Below, in pieces: positions 14,470 through 21,898 of a stretch of 33,629 nucleotides of DNA. A program made the position numbers and the translations under genes. This stretch comes from Candidatus Peribacterales bacterium. Its GTDB lineage: Bacteria; Patescibacteriota; Gracilibacteria; Peribacterales; Peribacteraceae. Where the stretch lies: the NCBI GenBank assembly GCA_043747095.1, contig JAYTPR010000140.1, forward strand, positions 1 to 33,629, read 5' to 3'. The notes beneath the pieces are model-generated. The model was not told the DNA's origin, ran no database searches, and was given only the letters and a program-made list of their open reading frames with translations. Each line of letters opens with the position of its first letter. The first letter of the stretch is position 1.

Positions 14470-16163
14470 GAACCGATGTCGAAATAATCCTGCAGAGTTC
14501 CGATCAGTCTGGAGAAATAACTACGTCCGCGAACAGCTTCCTGCAAATCAACAAAATATTCGTCGGCGCAGCGAATGGCTTCAGGCACAGAGTCGTCACA
14601 GAACGTCACGGTATCTACAATGTCACCTGCGCGAGCGATGTCTGCGCGCAGTTCTTCATAACGAGTATCGAAGTCCGTGCGTCCGTCACTACGAAGTACG
14701 GCGCGCAGTTCTCCAATACGCTCATCAACAGCGATAAAGTCCAGAAGCGCCTTCCTCTGCTGCACGATCGTGCCACGTTCGAAGCTATCTTTTGCTTCAA
14801 CAGGAGCGCCTGCCGAAAGACCGTCAAGGAACGGGACGATGTTGTCGAGACTTGCTACCTGATCCGCCAGTCCTGCAGTTTCTGCAATGCGCGTAGCTGC
14901 TGCTGCGGCATGCGTCGGGTTGATTTCAAAGATTGCGATGTCCGCTTTGGAAATAGCTTTGTTTCGTTCGAGCGCCAAAAGGAAGCGGTTGATAGCCGAC
15001 ACGACGCGCTCCGTATCCTGCTTCGTTGCTTCCTTACTGACGTTTTCAATCGCAGTTAGGAGCGGCTCCATATCTTTCGGATCAAGTCCGTACTCCTGCT
15101 CAAAGAGAGGGAGTGCCTGCTTGAGAGCCTGCGCTTCAGTACGCACAAGTGTGAGCGAAGCTGGCACATCTGTCGTAGCGTATTTTTCCGATGCCTCCTT
15201 GAGTGCCTTCAGTGTTGCGAAGACAGAAATAGGACGGTTGCCCGGCGTGAGATAATTCTCAAATCCGGACGGAGCGTCTTTTGCGAGATCAATACCCTGA
15301 CGCTTGAGACGTGCAATATCGACACCAACTGCGCTCTGCAAATCACCACGACGAATCACTTCCACGGCGCGCTTCAATTCATCGATAGCAATTGGAACTT
15401 CTACATCGACGAGATTCGACTTCTTCAAATCTTTCTCTTCCACAACATCAGTACTGATCGGTGTGGAGATGAACTGCTTCAAGAGATCGGTATAGCGCGT
15501 GCGCTCTGCAGACCGCGCATCTTGCAATGCAGCGTAGAGCTCCACTGCCCATTCACGCTCCTGCTTCGTGAGGCGTCGGCCGTTTGCGAGTTTATTCACA
15601 ATCGTCTCAAGTTCGATGATTTGTTCACGAGTCAGATAGTTTTTGTAATCCTCACCTGCCTCAGTACCGAGGAATAGATTGGCCTGCTGAGCCTGCGAAA
15701 TAACGATGGTGGGTACTTGCTGCTGTGGTTGAGGCTGCTGCTGCGCTGCAGGTTCCTGTTGCTGATTTTTTGTCGGCTCGGAGGAAGAAGATGCTGCATC
15801 ATGAGCACCTTCCAGCTTGCAGCTTCCGGTACAGCCGTCGCCGGAAATACCGTTACCGTCGTCACACTGCTCTCCACGAGTTTGCTGAATAACGCGATCA
15901 CCGCAGAATTCGATCTGGCAGTAGCGGTTGCAGCCGTCGTTACTTTGCAAGTTGCCGTCGTCACACTGTTCGTTGAGGTCGATGGAAAGATTTCCGCAGA
16001 GCTCGATGCTGCACGTGCTGCTGCAACCGTCACCGCTCTGCAAGTTGCCGTCATCACATTCTTCCGGCTCTTCTTTGTCACCGTCACCACACACTAAGTC
16101 CGCAGCCTGCGACGGAGCTGAAGAATGAAGAGCACTTCCGATCATCACGAGTGCCAGAAGCAC
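14466..16163 (-). CDS. secreted protein with three Cys-rich CDDGN...GDGC repeats (Myxococcus-type cysteine-rich repeat, DUF4215-like) plus an orphan C-terminal domain
   Basis: The repeats are CGDG..EECDDGNLQSGDGCSSTC, CGN..EQCDDGNLQSNDGCNRYC and CGD..EQCDDGNGISGDGCTGSC. A Q/P-rich linker and about 400 aa of helical sequence follow. The TGA stop overlaps the ATG of the downstream sigma-like gene (ATGA at 14466-14469). Confidence 0.8.
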   Translation of the reverse strand: MLLALVMIGSALHSSAPSQAADLVCGDGDKEEPEECDDGNLQSGDGCSSTCSIELCGNLSIDLNEQCDDGNLQSNDGCNRYCQIEFCGDRVIQQTRGEQCDDGNGISGDGCTGSCKLEGAHDAASSSSEPTKNQQQEPAAQQQPQPQQQVPTIVISQAQQANLFLGTEAGEDYKNYLTREQIIELETIVNKLANGRRLTKQEREWAVELYAALQDARSAERTRYTDLLKQFISTPISTDVVEEKDLKKSNLVDVEVPIAIDELKRAVEVIRRGDLQSAVGVDIARLKRQGIDLAKDAPSGFENYLTPGNRPISVFATLKALKEASEKYATTDVPASLTLVRTEAQALKQALPLFEQEYGLDPKDMEPLLTAIENVSKEATKQDTERVVSAINRFLLALERNKAISKADIAIFEINPTHAAAAATRIAETAGLADQVASLDNIVPFLDGLSAGAPVEAKDSFERGTIVQQRKALLDFIAVDERIGELRAVLRSDGRTDFDTRYEELRADIARAGDIVDTVTFCDDSVPEAIRCADEYFVDLQEAVRGRSYFSRLIGTLQDYFDIGS

Positions 16164-16300
16164 TGTGAGTATCGCTGCGCCGTTCTTTTTGAGGAATATT
16201 GCTATTTAGGTATGTGGAAATCTTACTATTGTAACATATTTATCGTTTTTGATCGCGCTCCTTGAATGTACAAAAACAATTATATGTTATCTAATTCTAT

Positions 16301-16666
16301 TTAATAAAAATCTGCGCCTACATTCACGACGTGATCGACAATCTGACCTCCTGCAACGCAAACGATGTCCGTTCTTGCGGAACCTTCGTACCGATGACGC
16401 TCCACCCAACGAAAAATGGCCTGCTTCATGGCACTTCGTTTTCGACCATCGACCATCGTACGAACGGGGTACCGAGTATCTGCAGCTGTTCTCGTTTTGA
16501 CCTCGACAAAGACAATCATTTTTTCGACGGGGTCAAATACAACGATGTCGATTTCAAAGCGGCCGTAGCGAACATTGCGCTCACGAATATGAAATCCGCG
16601 TGAGCGTAGGTAAGCCTCTGCAAGCGCTTCTCCTAGTCGTCCGGTAGATGCTGTTGTCATGGTCAT
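16301..16666 (-). CDS. yraN: YraN family (UPF0102) endonuclease-like protein
   Basis: GEALAEAYLRSRGFHIRERNVRYGRFEIDIVVFD....IVFVEVKTR is the characteristic YraN core. Confidence 0.85.
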   Translation of the reverse strand: MTMTTASTGRLGEALAEAYLRSRGFHIRERNVRYGRFEIDIVVFDPVEKMIVFVEVKTRTAADTRYPVRTMVDGRKRSAMKQAIFRWVERHRYEGSARTDIVCVAGGQIVDHVVNVGADFY

Positions 16667-16774
16667 AGAGCTCCACTACACCACAGTCTCAGGCACACGT
16701 CTTCTGAATGCTCTTGCGTAAAGGTGTACGAAAGTACACCATAGCATTCGTCACCTCTTTTTCTCCCATTCGAC

Positions 16775-18277
16775 ATGCTCACACAGCTCACCTCCTTCAC
16801 CACCGTTGGCGTTGGCGCACTACCGATCCACGTTGAAATCGGCGTCATTCCCACTGCGGGCGAACCAAAATTTCAAATCGTCGGACTCGGCGATGCGGCA
16901 ATCCAGGAAAGTAAGCAGCGCGTCATGATGGCGATGAAAACATCAGGATACAAAATCCCGATGGGACGCGTGACGAACGTGAATCTTGCTCCGGCACATA
17001 TTCGCAAAACAGGTTCACGGTTCGATCTTCCGATCGCGCTTGGGATTCTACAAAGCAACTCCGTCATCGATATTCCGCAAAAGACGATGGCAACAACGGC
17101 GTTTGTTGGAGAGCTCGCATTCGATGGACAACTTCGTCATGTGTCCGGCGTTCTTGCATGCGCACTTGCATGCGCAAAACATGGCCTGACCCAGATCGTC
17201 GTGCCCTCTGCAAACGGTGCTGAAGCCGCGCTCGTTCCCGGACTCACTGTCATCGCGGTGGATCACCTCAAAGATGTGATCGCGTGCCTCAGCGGCACCA
17301 TGACACCGCCTGTGATCTTGCCTGCTGCATGCGCTCCAGAAATGCCACTCAATATTATTGATTTCGCCGATGTACGAGGCCAAGCACTCGCAAAACGCGC
17401 GCTTGAAATTGCAGCGGCTGGCGGACATAACGTCCTGTTGTCTGGTGCTCCTGGATCAGGAAAAACACTGCTTGCAGGCGCTCTGCGCGGTATTCTGCCG
17501 CCTCTCACGCAGGACGAATCCTTAGAAGTTACCGGCATTTATTCGGTCGCAAATTTACTGCCGGCTTCGACGCCACTCATTAGCGAGCGGCCTATTCGCA
17601 CGGTGCATCACACGGCGAGCGGTGTTGCTATCGTCGGCGGTGGACAGCACCCGATGCCAGGGGAGATTTCTCTCGCGCATCGTGGAGTTTTATTTTTAGA
17701 TGAGCTCGCAGAATTTCCGCCACAGGTATTGGAAGTGCTGCGGCAACCGATGGAAGATCGAAAGATCACCATCAACCGTGCGCAGGGAACAGTGACATTT
17801 CCTGCGGATTTTATTTTGGTTGGTGCCATGAATCCGCCGCAGTACAGCTCGGCATCATCAGAGAAAATGAAGCGCCGAATTTCCGCTCCTCTTCTTGACC
17901 GTATTGATCTCACGATCGACGTACAGCCTGTGGACATCGCGGATTTGCAGCGCAAAAGTGACCCAAAAACAGAAACAAGTGCAACCATCCGAAAACGTGT
18001 CACCGCTGCGCGAAAGCGGCAAGCTGCGCGCTTCAAAACGCAAGGATTTTCCACGAATAAAGAGATGACTGTGCGCGACATCGAAACATTTTGTCCGCTC
18101 GACCTCAAGAGCCAAGCACTTCTGAAACAAGCTGCGGAAAAATTGCAGTTCTCAGCACGTACGTATCATCGCACCATCAAAGTCGCACGCACGATTGCAG
18201 ACCTCGCCGATAGCGACGACATCGGCATCAATCATATTGCGGAGGCACTGCAGTATCGGCAGCAACTTGGCATTTAA
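16775..18277 (+). CDS. comM: YifB/ComM family Mg-chelatase-like AAA+ ATPase
   Basis: 500 aa. It has an N-terminal Lon-protease-like ChlI domain, Walker A GAPGSGKT, Walker B VLFLDEL and the C-terminal Mg_chelatase_C region. Confidence 0.92.
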   Translation: MLTQLTSFTTVGVGALPIHVEIGVIPTAGEPKFQIVGLGDAAIQESKQRVMMAMKTSGYKIPMGRVTNVNLAPAHIRKTGSRFDLPIALGILQSNSVIDIPQKTMATTAFVGELAFDGQLRHVSGVLACALACAKHGLTQIVVPSANGAEAALVPGLTVIAVDHLKDVIACLSGTMTPPVILPAACAPEMPLNIIDFADVRGQALAKRALEIAAAGGHNVLLSGAPGSGKTLLAGALRGILPPLTQDESLEVTGIYSVANLLPASTPLISERPIRTVHHTASGVAIVGGGQHPMPGEISLAHRGVLFLDELAEFPPQVLEVLRQPMEDRKITINRAQGTVTFPADFILVGAMNPPQYSSASSEKMKRRISAPLLDRIDLTIDVQPVDIADLQRKSDPKTETSATIRKRVTAARKRQAARFKTQGFSTNKEMTVRDIETFCPLDLKSQALLKQAAEKLQFSARTYHRTIKVARTIADLADSDDIGINHIAEALQYRQQLGI

Positions 18278-18594
18278 CGATCGCCCTGTTTTTTAAATTC
18301 GATGCCAGGGAATCGGCGGCTCGGTTGTTTCGGTTTTGGCTGAATAAAGTCAGTCATCATGCGAAACTCTGCGCTGAAATCATCACTGATACCGGCTTCA
18401 TCTCTATCTCCGTTGTAACGCTTCACAACGATCTCAAAAAGATCGGAGCGCACTTGCCGAAGATCGGTACGGATACGCTCTGTTGTCTGTCCGTCCGTTG
18501 TTTCTGCGGCTTCTGCAAGCAGCGGCTGGATGCGAGCTAGAACGGTTGCGGCATCAGTCTCAGGAGCTGGCATCGTCGTTTTTTCGGAGTTCAT
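18274..18594 (-). CDS. hypothetical protein (106 aa)
   Basis: This is an ORF only. Its stop codon overlaps the comM stop within the tetranucleotide TTAA at 18274-18277. Confidence 0.4.
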   Translation of the reverse strand: MNSEKTTMPAPETDAATVLARIQPLLAEAAETTDGQTTERIRTDLRQVRSDLFEIVVKRYNGDRDEAGISDDFSAEFRMMTDFIQPKPKQPSRRFPGIEFKKQGDR

Positions 18595-18650
18595 TGAGTC
18601 AGGGAAAATTGGCCTATTAATAAGGATTAGATGATGTTTGTCAATTACTG

Positions 18651-18656
18651 TAGAAT
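18651..18656 (+). promoter_or_regulatory. -10 box TAGAAT, 8 nt upstream of the pyrF ATG (leaderless-type)
   Basis: The sequence reads actgTAGAATtgagaccaATG. Confidence 0.5.
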
Positions 18657-18664
18657 TGAGACCA

Positions 18665-19513
18665 ATGCACTACGCCGATCATCTCCAGCAGCGAATCAAA
18701 GAAACGTCTCCGGTCTGCGTGGGTCTTGATCCGGTGATGTCCAAGCTTCCTGATGGGATCACAAAAGACGCAGCAGGTGTAAAAGAATTTTGTATCGGCA
18801 TTATCGATGCTGTCGCCAGTGACGCTGCTGCTGTGAAACCACAGCTCGCATATTTTGAACTGCTTGGTTGGGAGGGGATGAAAGTGTTTTTTGAAGTCTG
18901 TGAGTACGCAAAGAAAAAAAATCTCGTCGTCATCGCCGACGGGAAAAGAAATGACATCGGCTCGACCTGCGAAGCGTACGCAGATGCATATCTTGGCAAA
19001 AACAGTCCTATCGATGCACTCACGGTGACACCGTACTTGGGTTCAGACGGCGTTGCGCCGTTCATGGAACGCTGCGCGAAAAACGATAAAGGTATCTACG
19101 TACTCGTCAAAACAAGTAATGACAGTTCCGGCGACCTTCAAGATCTTCCCATTGGTGACGAGGTCGTTCACGAACATGTCGCGCAGCTGGTGGAAAGCTG
19201 GGCAACGCAACTTCTTGGATCGAAAGGCAACTTGTCGGCAGTCGGTGCAGTTGTCGGTGCCACGTATCCAGAGGAATCCAGATACCTACGTACTCTCATG
19301 CCGCACGTTCCTTTCTTGATCCCAGGATATGGAGCGCAAGGCGGTACTGCAGAAGATGCTGCCCTTGGCTTCCTGCCAGACGGGACGGGAGCAATCGTGA
19401 ACGCGAGTCGCAGTATTTTGTACGCTTCTCAGGGCAAGGACTGGCAAGAGGCAGCTTCAAAGGCTACTAAAGCAATGTCTAAGGAGCTTTTGAAGGTTAT
19501 TGCTAAAAAATAG
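18665..19513 (+). CDS. pyrF: orotidine 5'-phosphate decarboxylase, type 2
   Basis: It has VCVGLDP, KPQLAYFE and the catalytic ADGKRNDIGST. I used the first ATG, at 18665. The track ORF starts at a TTG at 18638, upstream of the -10 box. Confidence 0.88.
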   Translation: MHYADHLQQRIKETSPVCVGLDPVMSKLPDGITKDAAGVKEFCIGIIDAVASDAAAVKPQLAYFELLGWEGMKVFFEVCEYAKKKNLVVIADGKRNDIGSTCEAYADAYLGKNSPIDALTVTPYLGSDGVAPFMERCAKNDKGIYVLVKTSNDSSGDLQDLPIGDEVVHEHVAQLVESWATQLLGSKGNLSAVGAVVGATYPEESRYLRTLMPHVPFLIPGYGAQGGTAEDAALGFLPDGTGAIVNASRSILYASQGKDWQEAASKATKAMSKELLKVIAKK

Positions 19514-19522
19514 AAAAAGTAG

Positions 19523-19528
19523 TATAAT
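19523..19528 (+). promoter_or_regulatory. -10 box TATAAT within a 14-nt block identical to the glgP promoter
   Basis: GTATAATAGTTATA at 19522-19535 is identical to 4439-4452. Confidence 0.45.
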
Positions 19529-19558
19529 AGTTATATTACTTCATACTCATACAAACAT

Positions 19559-19669
19559 ATGAGCCTACACCTTCTTGATAAGGAGCATCGCGAGAAGCTC
19601 CTCGTCCTCTCCTCGCTCTGGACCACCTTTGCTGGTGCGTTCCTCCTCGTCATCGTCTCGAACTACTAA
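19559..19669 (+). CDS. candidate small membrane protein (36 aa)
   Basis: The translation is MSLHLLDKEHREKLLVLSSLWTTFAGAFLLVIVSNY. The ORF sits between a promoter-like cassette and a strong terminator and is too short for the ORF track. Confidence 0.35.
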   Translation: MSLHLLDKEHREKLLVLSSLWTTFAGAFLLVIVSNY

Positions 19670-19698
19670 GCGAGCGGACGACTATTCATTGATACCAA

Positions 19699-19726
19699 AA
19701 CGCACTCTCCGTACGGAGAGTGCGTT
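19699..19726. terminator. 12-bp stem-loop between convergent genes (bidirectional terminator candidate)
   Basis: The hairpin is aacgcactctcc-gtac-ggagagtgcgtt, with flanking A and T residues incorporated into the stem. Confidence 0.7.
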
Positions 19727-19740
19727 CTTGCGTATTATGT

Positions 19741-21411
19741 TCACTGAAGACGCGTTCCCGTCACAATGGGGGAAGGCCCTTCCACCCAACGGAAAATTCC
19801 TGATTCGTCCGTCCATTCGATACTGCCGAGAGATTCTGGTGAGCCGGCAGCAGACAGCGATGTCTCGACAAGGGAACCTTGCGACCCTACGGGGAGAAAA
19901 ACTGTTGCCTTAAGATCAAGTACAAAGGGCGTTCCAACGCTCAGTACACCTACGGCTTGATCAAGCGCCAAACATGTGACCGTCATCGACTGCTCATTCG
20001 TGGTGCACGGAACGCTGGCACCAGTCACACGATTCACAAGCGTCCAGTTATTCACTGTCGCTGTACCACTTTTAGCCAGTGAGAAGACAAGCTGCCTCAG
20101 TTTCAAATTTTTCCCTGCAAGCGCAGAACTGTTGAATGAATAACTACCGATGACAACGCCGGTACCAGCAACAAGTGGTGCAGTGGCTGGCGATAATCGT
20201 GTGATGCCAAACAGCCGACCGAATGACGTCTGGTGCTTCACAAATGGCCCGCTGATCGGCGTGTTCACAGTTTGGTTGGTGGTGTCACCTTTTTTGGTGA
20301 TGGACATCGTACGGACCTGCAGAAGCTCATCGGAGAAGCCTGCATTTTCCACCGCGCGAATGACTGCACGAAGAACAACGCGAACATCGGTGTCCGCTGG
20401 AAGTGCAAATTGGTTTTCTGGCTGTAACTGAGCCTCAAATATTTGTTTGAAGTCGGGCGTATCTGCCGTCGTTCTGCGCATCAGTTGTGCAATGAGTTGG
20501 CCATTTTCGGTGACGAGCTCAAGACGTTCAAGCGACCTCACTTCCGTGAAGAGTTTCACTTGTACAAGCTGGACTTTGGAACTTTCTCCAACACTTCTGA
20601 TCACGCCATCTGCGATGGCATCGGTCGTAGTGCCGACAACGAGGAAGTGGCTCACTGGCGGCAGAGTGAAGAGAGGCGCGACAGATGATGATGAAGATGA
20701 GCTCACTGAGGATGACGTTGACGAAGATGATGAGCTCACCGATGAACTTGATGAGCTCGTTCCGTCATACTTTCCTGCCTCAGCCAATCTGTACTCAGCG
20801 AGTTTTCCTGCATTCTCAGCCATAAAAGCACCTGCGAGTCTGGCTGTCATACCGCGTGTCATCGGCGTGTCGAAGGTGATACGAATCGGGAGATCGACAC
20901 CTTTGTTCACAGCTGCCTGATAGTACGGCTCCGCCCAATCATCACCAGCGACATCTGGAATTGGATGGCGATAGAGAAGTATGAGCATCTTGAGAGCAGC
21001 GTCGTACGTCACGGTATCGGCAGGATTGAAACTCCACTGATCCTGCGGAAGTTTCGGATTAGCATTGCCACTCACGATGCCTGCGGCCTTGGCCGCACAC
21101 ACGTACGGAGCAAACCACATGTCACCTTTCACATCAGGGAAACATCCTTGGCCAGAACTGTCTGGCTCGTATCCATCGGGACTCGCAAGAATCGCGATCT
21201 TCAAAAATTCGGCGCGATTGACGAGTCGGCTTGGGCCGAAGTGACGGTCGCCGTATCCCTGCAAAATTCCCTCACGGGTGAGCAAGTTGATGCCGGCTGC
21301 CTCAGAAGAACCAGCGCGAACATCGGAGTAAAAATCCGCGGGTTGGATCTCTATGGCAAGTGCCGTGAGAGGAACCAAAAGCGCGGTGATGAGAAGAGTA
21401 CGTTTGAGCAT
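19741..21411 (-). CDS. SLH-module envelope protein with a poly-Ser linker and an orphan C-terminal domain (556 aa)
   Basis: I chose the start at the ATG at 21411 (MLKRTLLITALLVPLTALA signal peptide). The SLH-like repeats are FYSDV..INLLTREGILQGYGDRHFGPSRLVNRAEFLKI, CFPDVKGDMWFAPYVCAAKAAGIVSG, and WAEPYY..MTRGMTARL. A GTSSSSSSVSSSSSSTSSSVSSSSSSS linker follows. The track ORF extends to 21555. Confidence 0.85.
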   Translation of the reverse strand: MLKRTLLITALLVPLTALAIEIQPADFYSDVRAGSSEAAGINLLTREGILQGYGDRHFGPSRLVNRAEFLKIAILASPDGYEPDSSGQGCFPDVKGDMWFAPYVCAAKAAGIVSGNANPKLPQDQWSFNPADTVTYDAALKMLILLYRHPIPDVAGDDWAEPYYQAAVNKGVDLPIRITFDTPMTRGMTARLAGAFMAENAGKLAEYRLAEAGKYDGTSSSSSSVSSSSSSTSSSVSSSSSSSVAPLFTLPPVSHFLVVGTTTDAIADGVIRSVGESSKVQLVQVKLFTEVRSLERLELVTENGQLIAQLMRRTTADTPDFKQIFEAQLQPENQFALPADTDVRVVLRAVIRAVENAGFSDELLQVRTMSITKKGDTTNQTVNTPISGPFVKHQTSFGRLFGITRLSPATAPLVAGTGVVIGSYSFNSSALAGKNLKLRQLVFSLAKSGTATVNNWTLVNRVTGASVPCTTNEQSMTVTCLALDQAVGVLSVGTPFVLDLKATVFLPVGSQGSLVETSLSAAGSPESLGSIEWTDESGIFRWVEGPSPIVTGTRLQ

Positions 21412-21426
21412 GGGCGTATGGTGGGC

Positions 21427-21442
21427 TCCAGAGGTCTCTGGA
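21427..21442. promoter_or_regulatory. 16-bp palindrome TCCAGAGgtCTCTGGA in a divergent intergenic region
   Basis: The arms are a perfect 7 bp. The palindrome lies 16-31 nt upstream of the SLH gene ATG and could be an operator or a 5' hairpin. Confidence 0.3.
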
Positions 21443-21502
21443 TGCAAGGCTGGAGACGGATAAAGCCCTAGAAACGTGATTGAAGAAAAAGGCGTTTTGC
21501 GG

Positions 21503-21508
21503 TATAAT
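21503..21508 (+). promoter_or_regulatory. -10 box TATAAT
   Basis: The sequence reads ttgcggTATAATgttgag, upstream of the 21591 gene. This implies a leader of about 75 nt. Confidence 0.4.
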
Positions 21509-21590
21509 GTTGAGAAAGATTCAATTTTCACACATATCCATATCTTCAGCCGCATCAGTCATCGGCAATCTGCCGCCTCTGCCGCCACTC

Positions 21591-21896
21591 ATGAGTGGCG
21601 ATGCATTGTACGAGATGATCATGGGTTCTATTGAACCCGATCTCCTGCTTTCGAATATGTCGCAGGTGGTACTGGAGATGGAACACGACACACAGGAAGT
21701 GAAGACGGAGCGCATCGAGCGCTACAACCGTGCATTTGCGGAATACGACCGCAGGCTCACAGAGCACAAACAGGAGTGGGACAGGGCATACAACGACTTT
21801 AAGCGTGCATCCATGGAAAGCCTCACAGGATTTTTGAAGGCAGCTGATAAAGATCGCATGACCGATATCGAACGTCAGCTCGATTCCTCACTCTAG
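21591..21896 (+). CDS. hypothetical helical protein (101 aa)
   Basis: This is the first ATG downstream of the TATAAT box. The track ORF starts at a TTG at 21480, upstream of the box. The stop lies 2 nt before the next gene's ATG. Confidence 0.5.
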   Translation: MSGDALYEMIMGSIEPDLLLSNMSQVVLEMEHDTQEVKTERIERYNRAFAEYDRRLTEHKQEWDRAYNDFKRASMESLTGFLKAADKDRMTDIERQLDSSL

Positions 21897-21898
21897 TC

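Noticed and set aside
15632-16128. ORFs in both strands and frames over the Cys-rich repeat region (15632-16090, 15717-16097, 15928-16128)
   Set aside because: Repetitive GC-rich codons keep alternative frames open. Only the minus-strand frame gives the regular CDDGN..GDGC repeat pattern.
19575-19913. 112-aa plus-strand ORF
   Set aside because: It reads through the strong terminator hairpin at 19699-19726 and into the 3' end of the SLH gene on the other strand. Its composition is Ser/Arg-rich.
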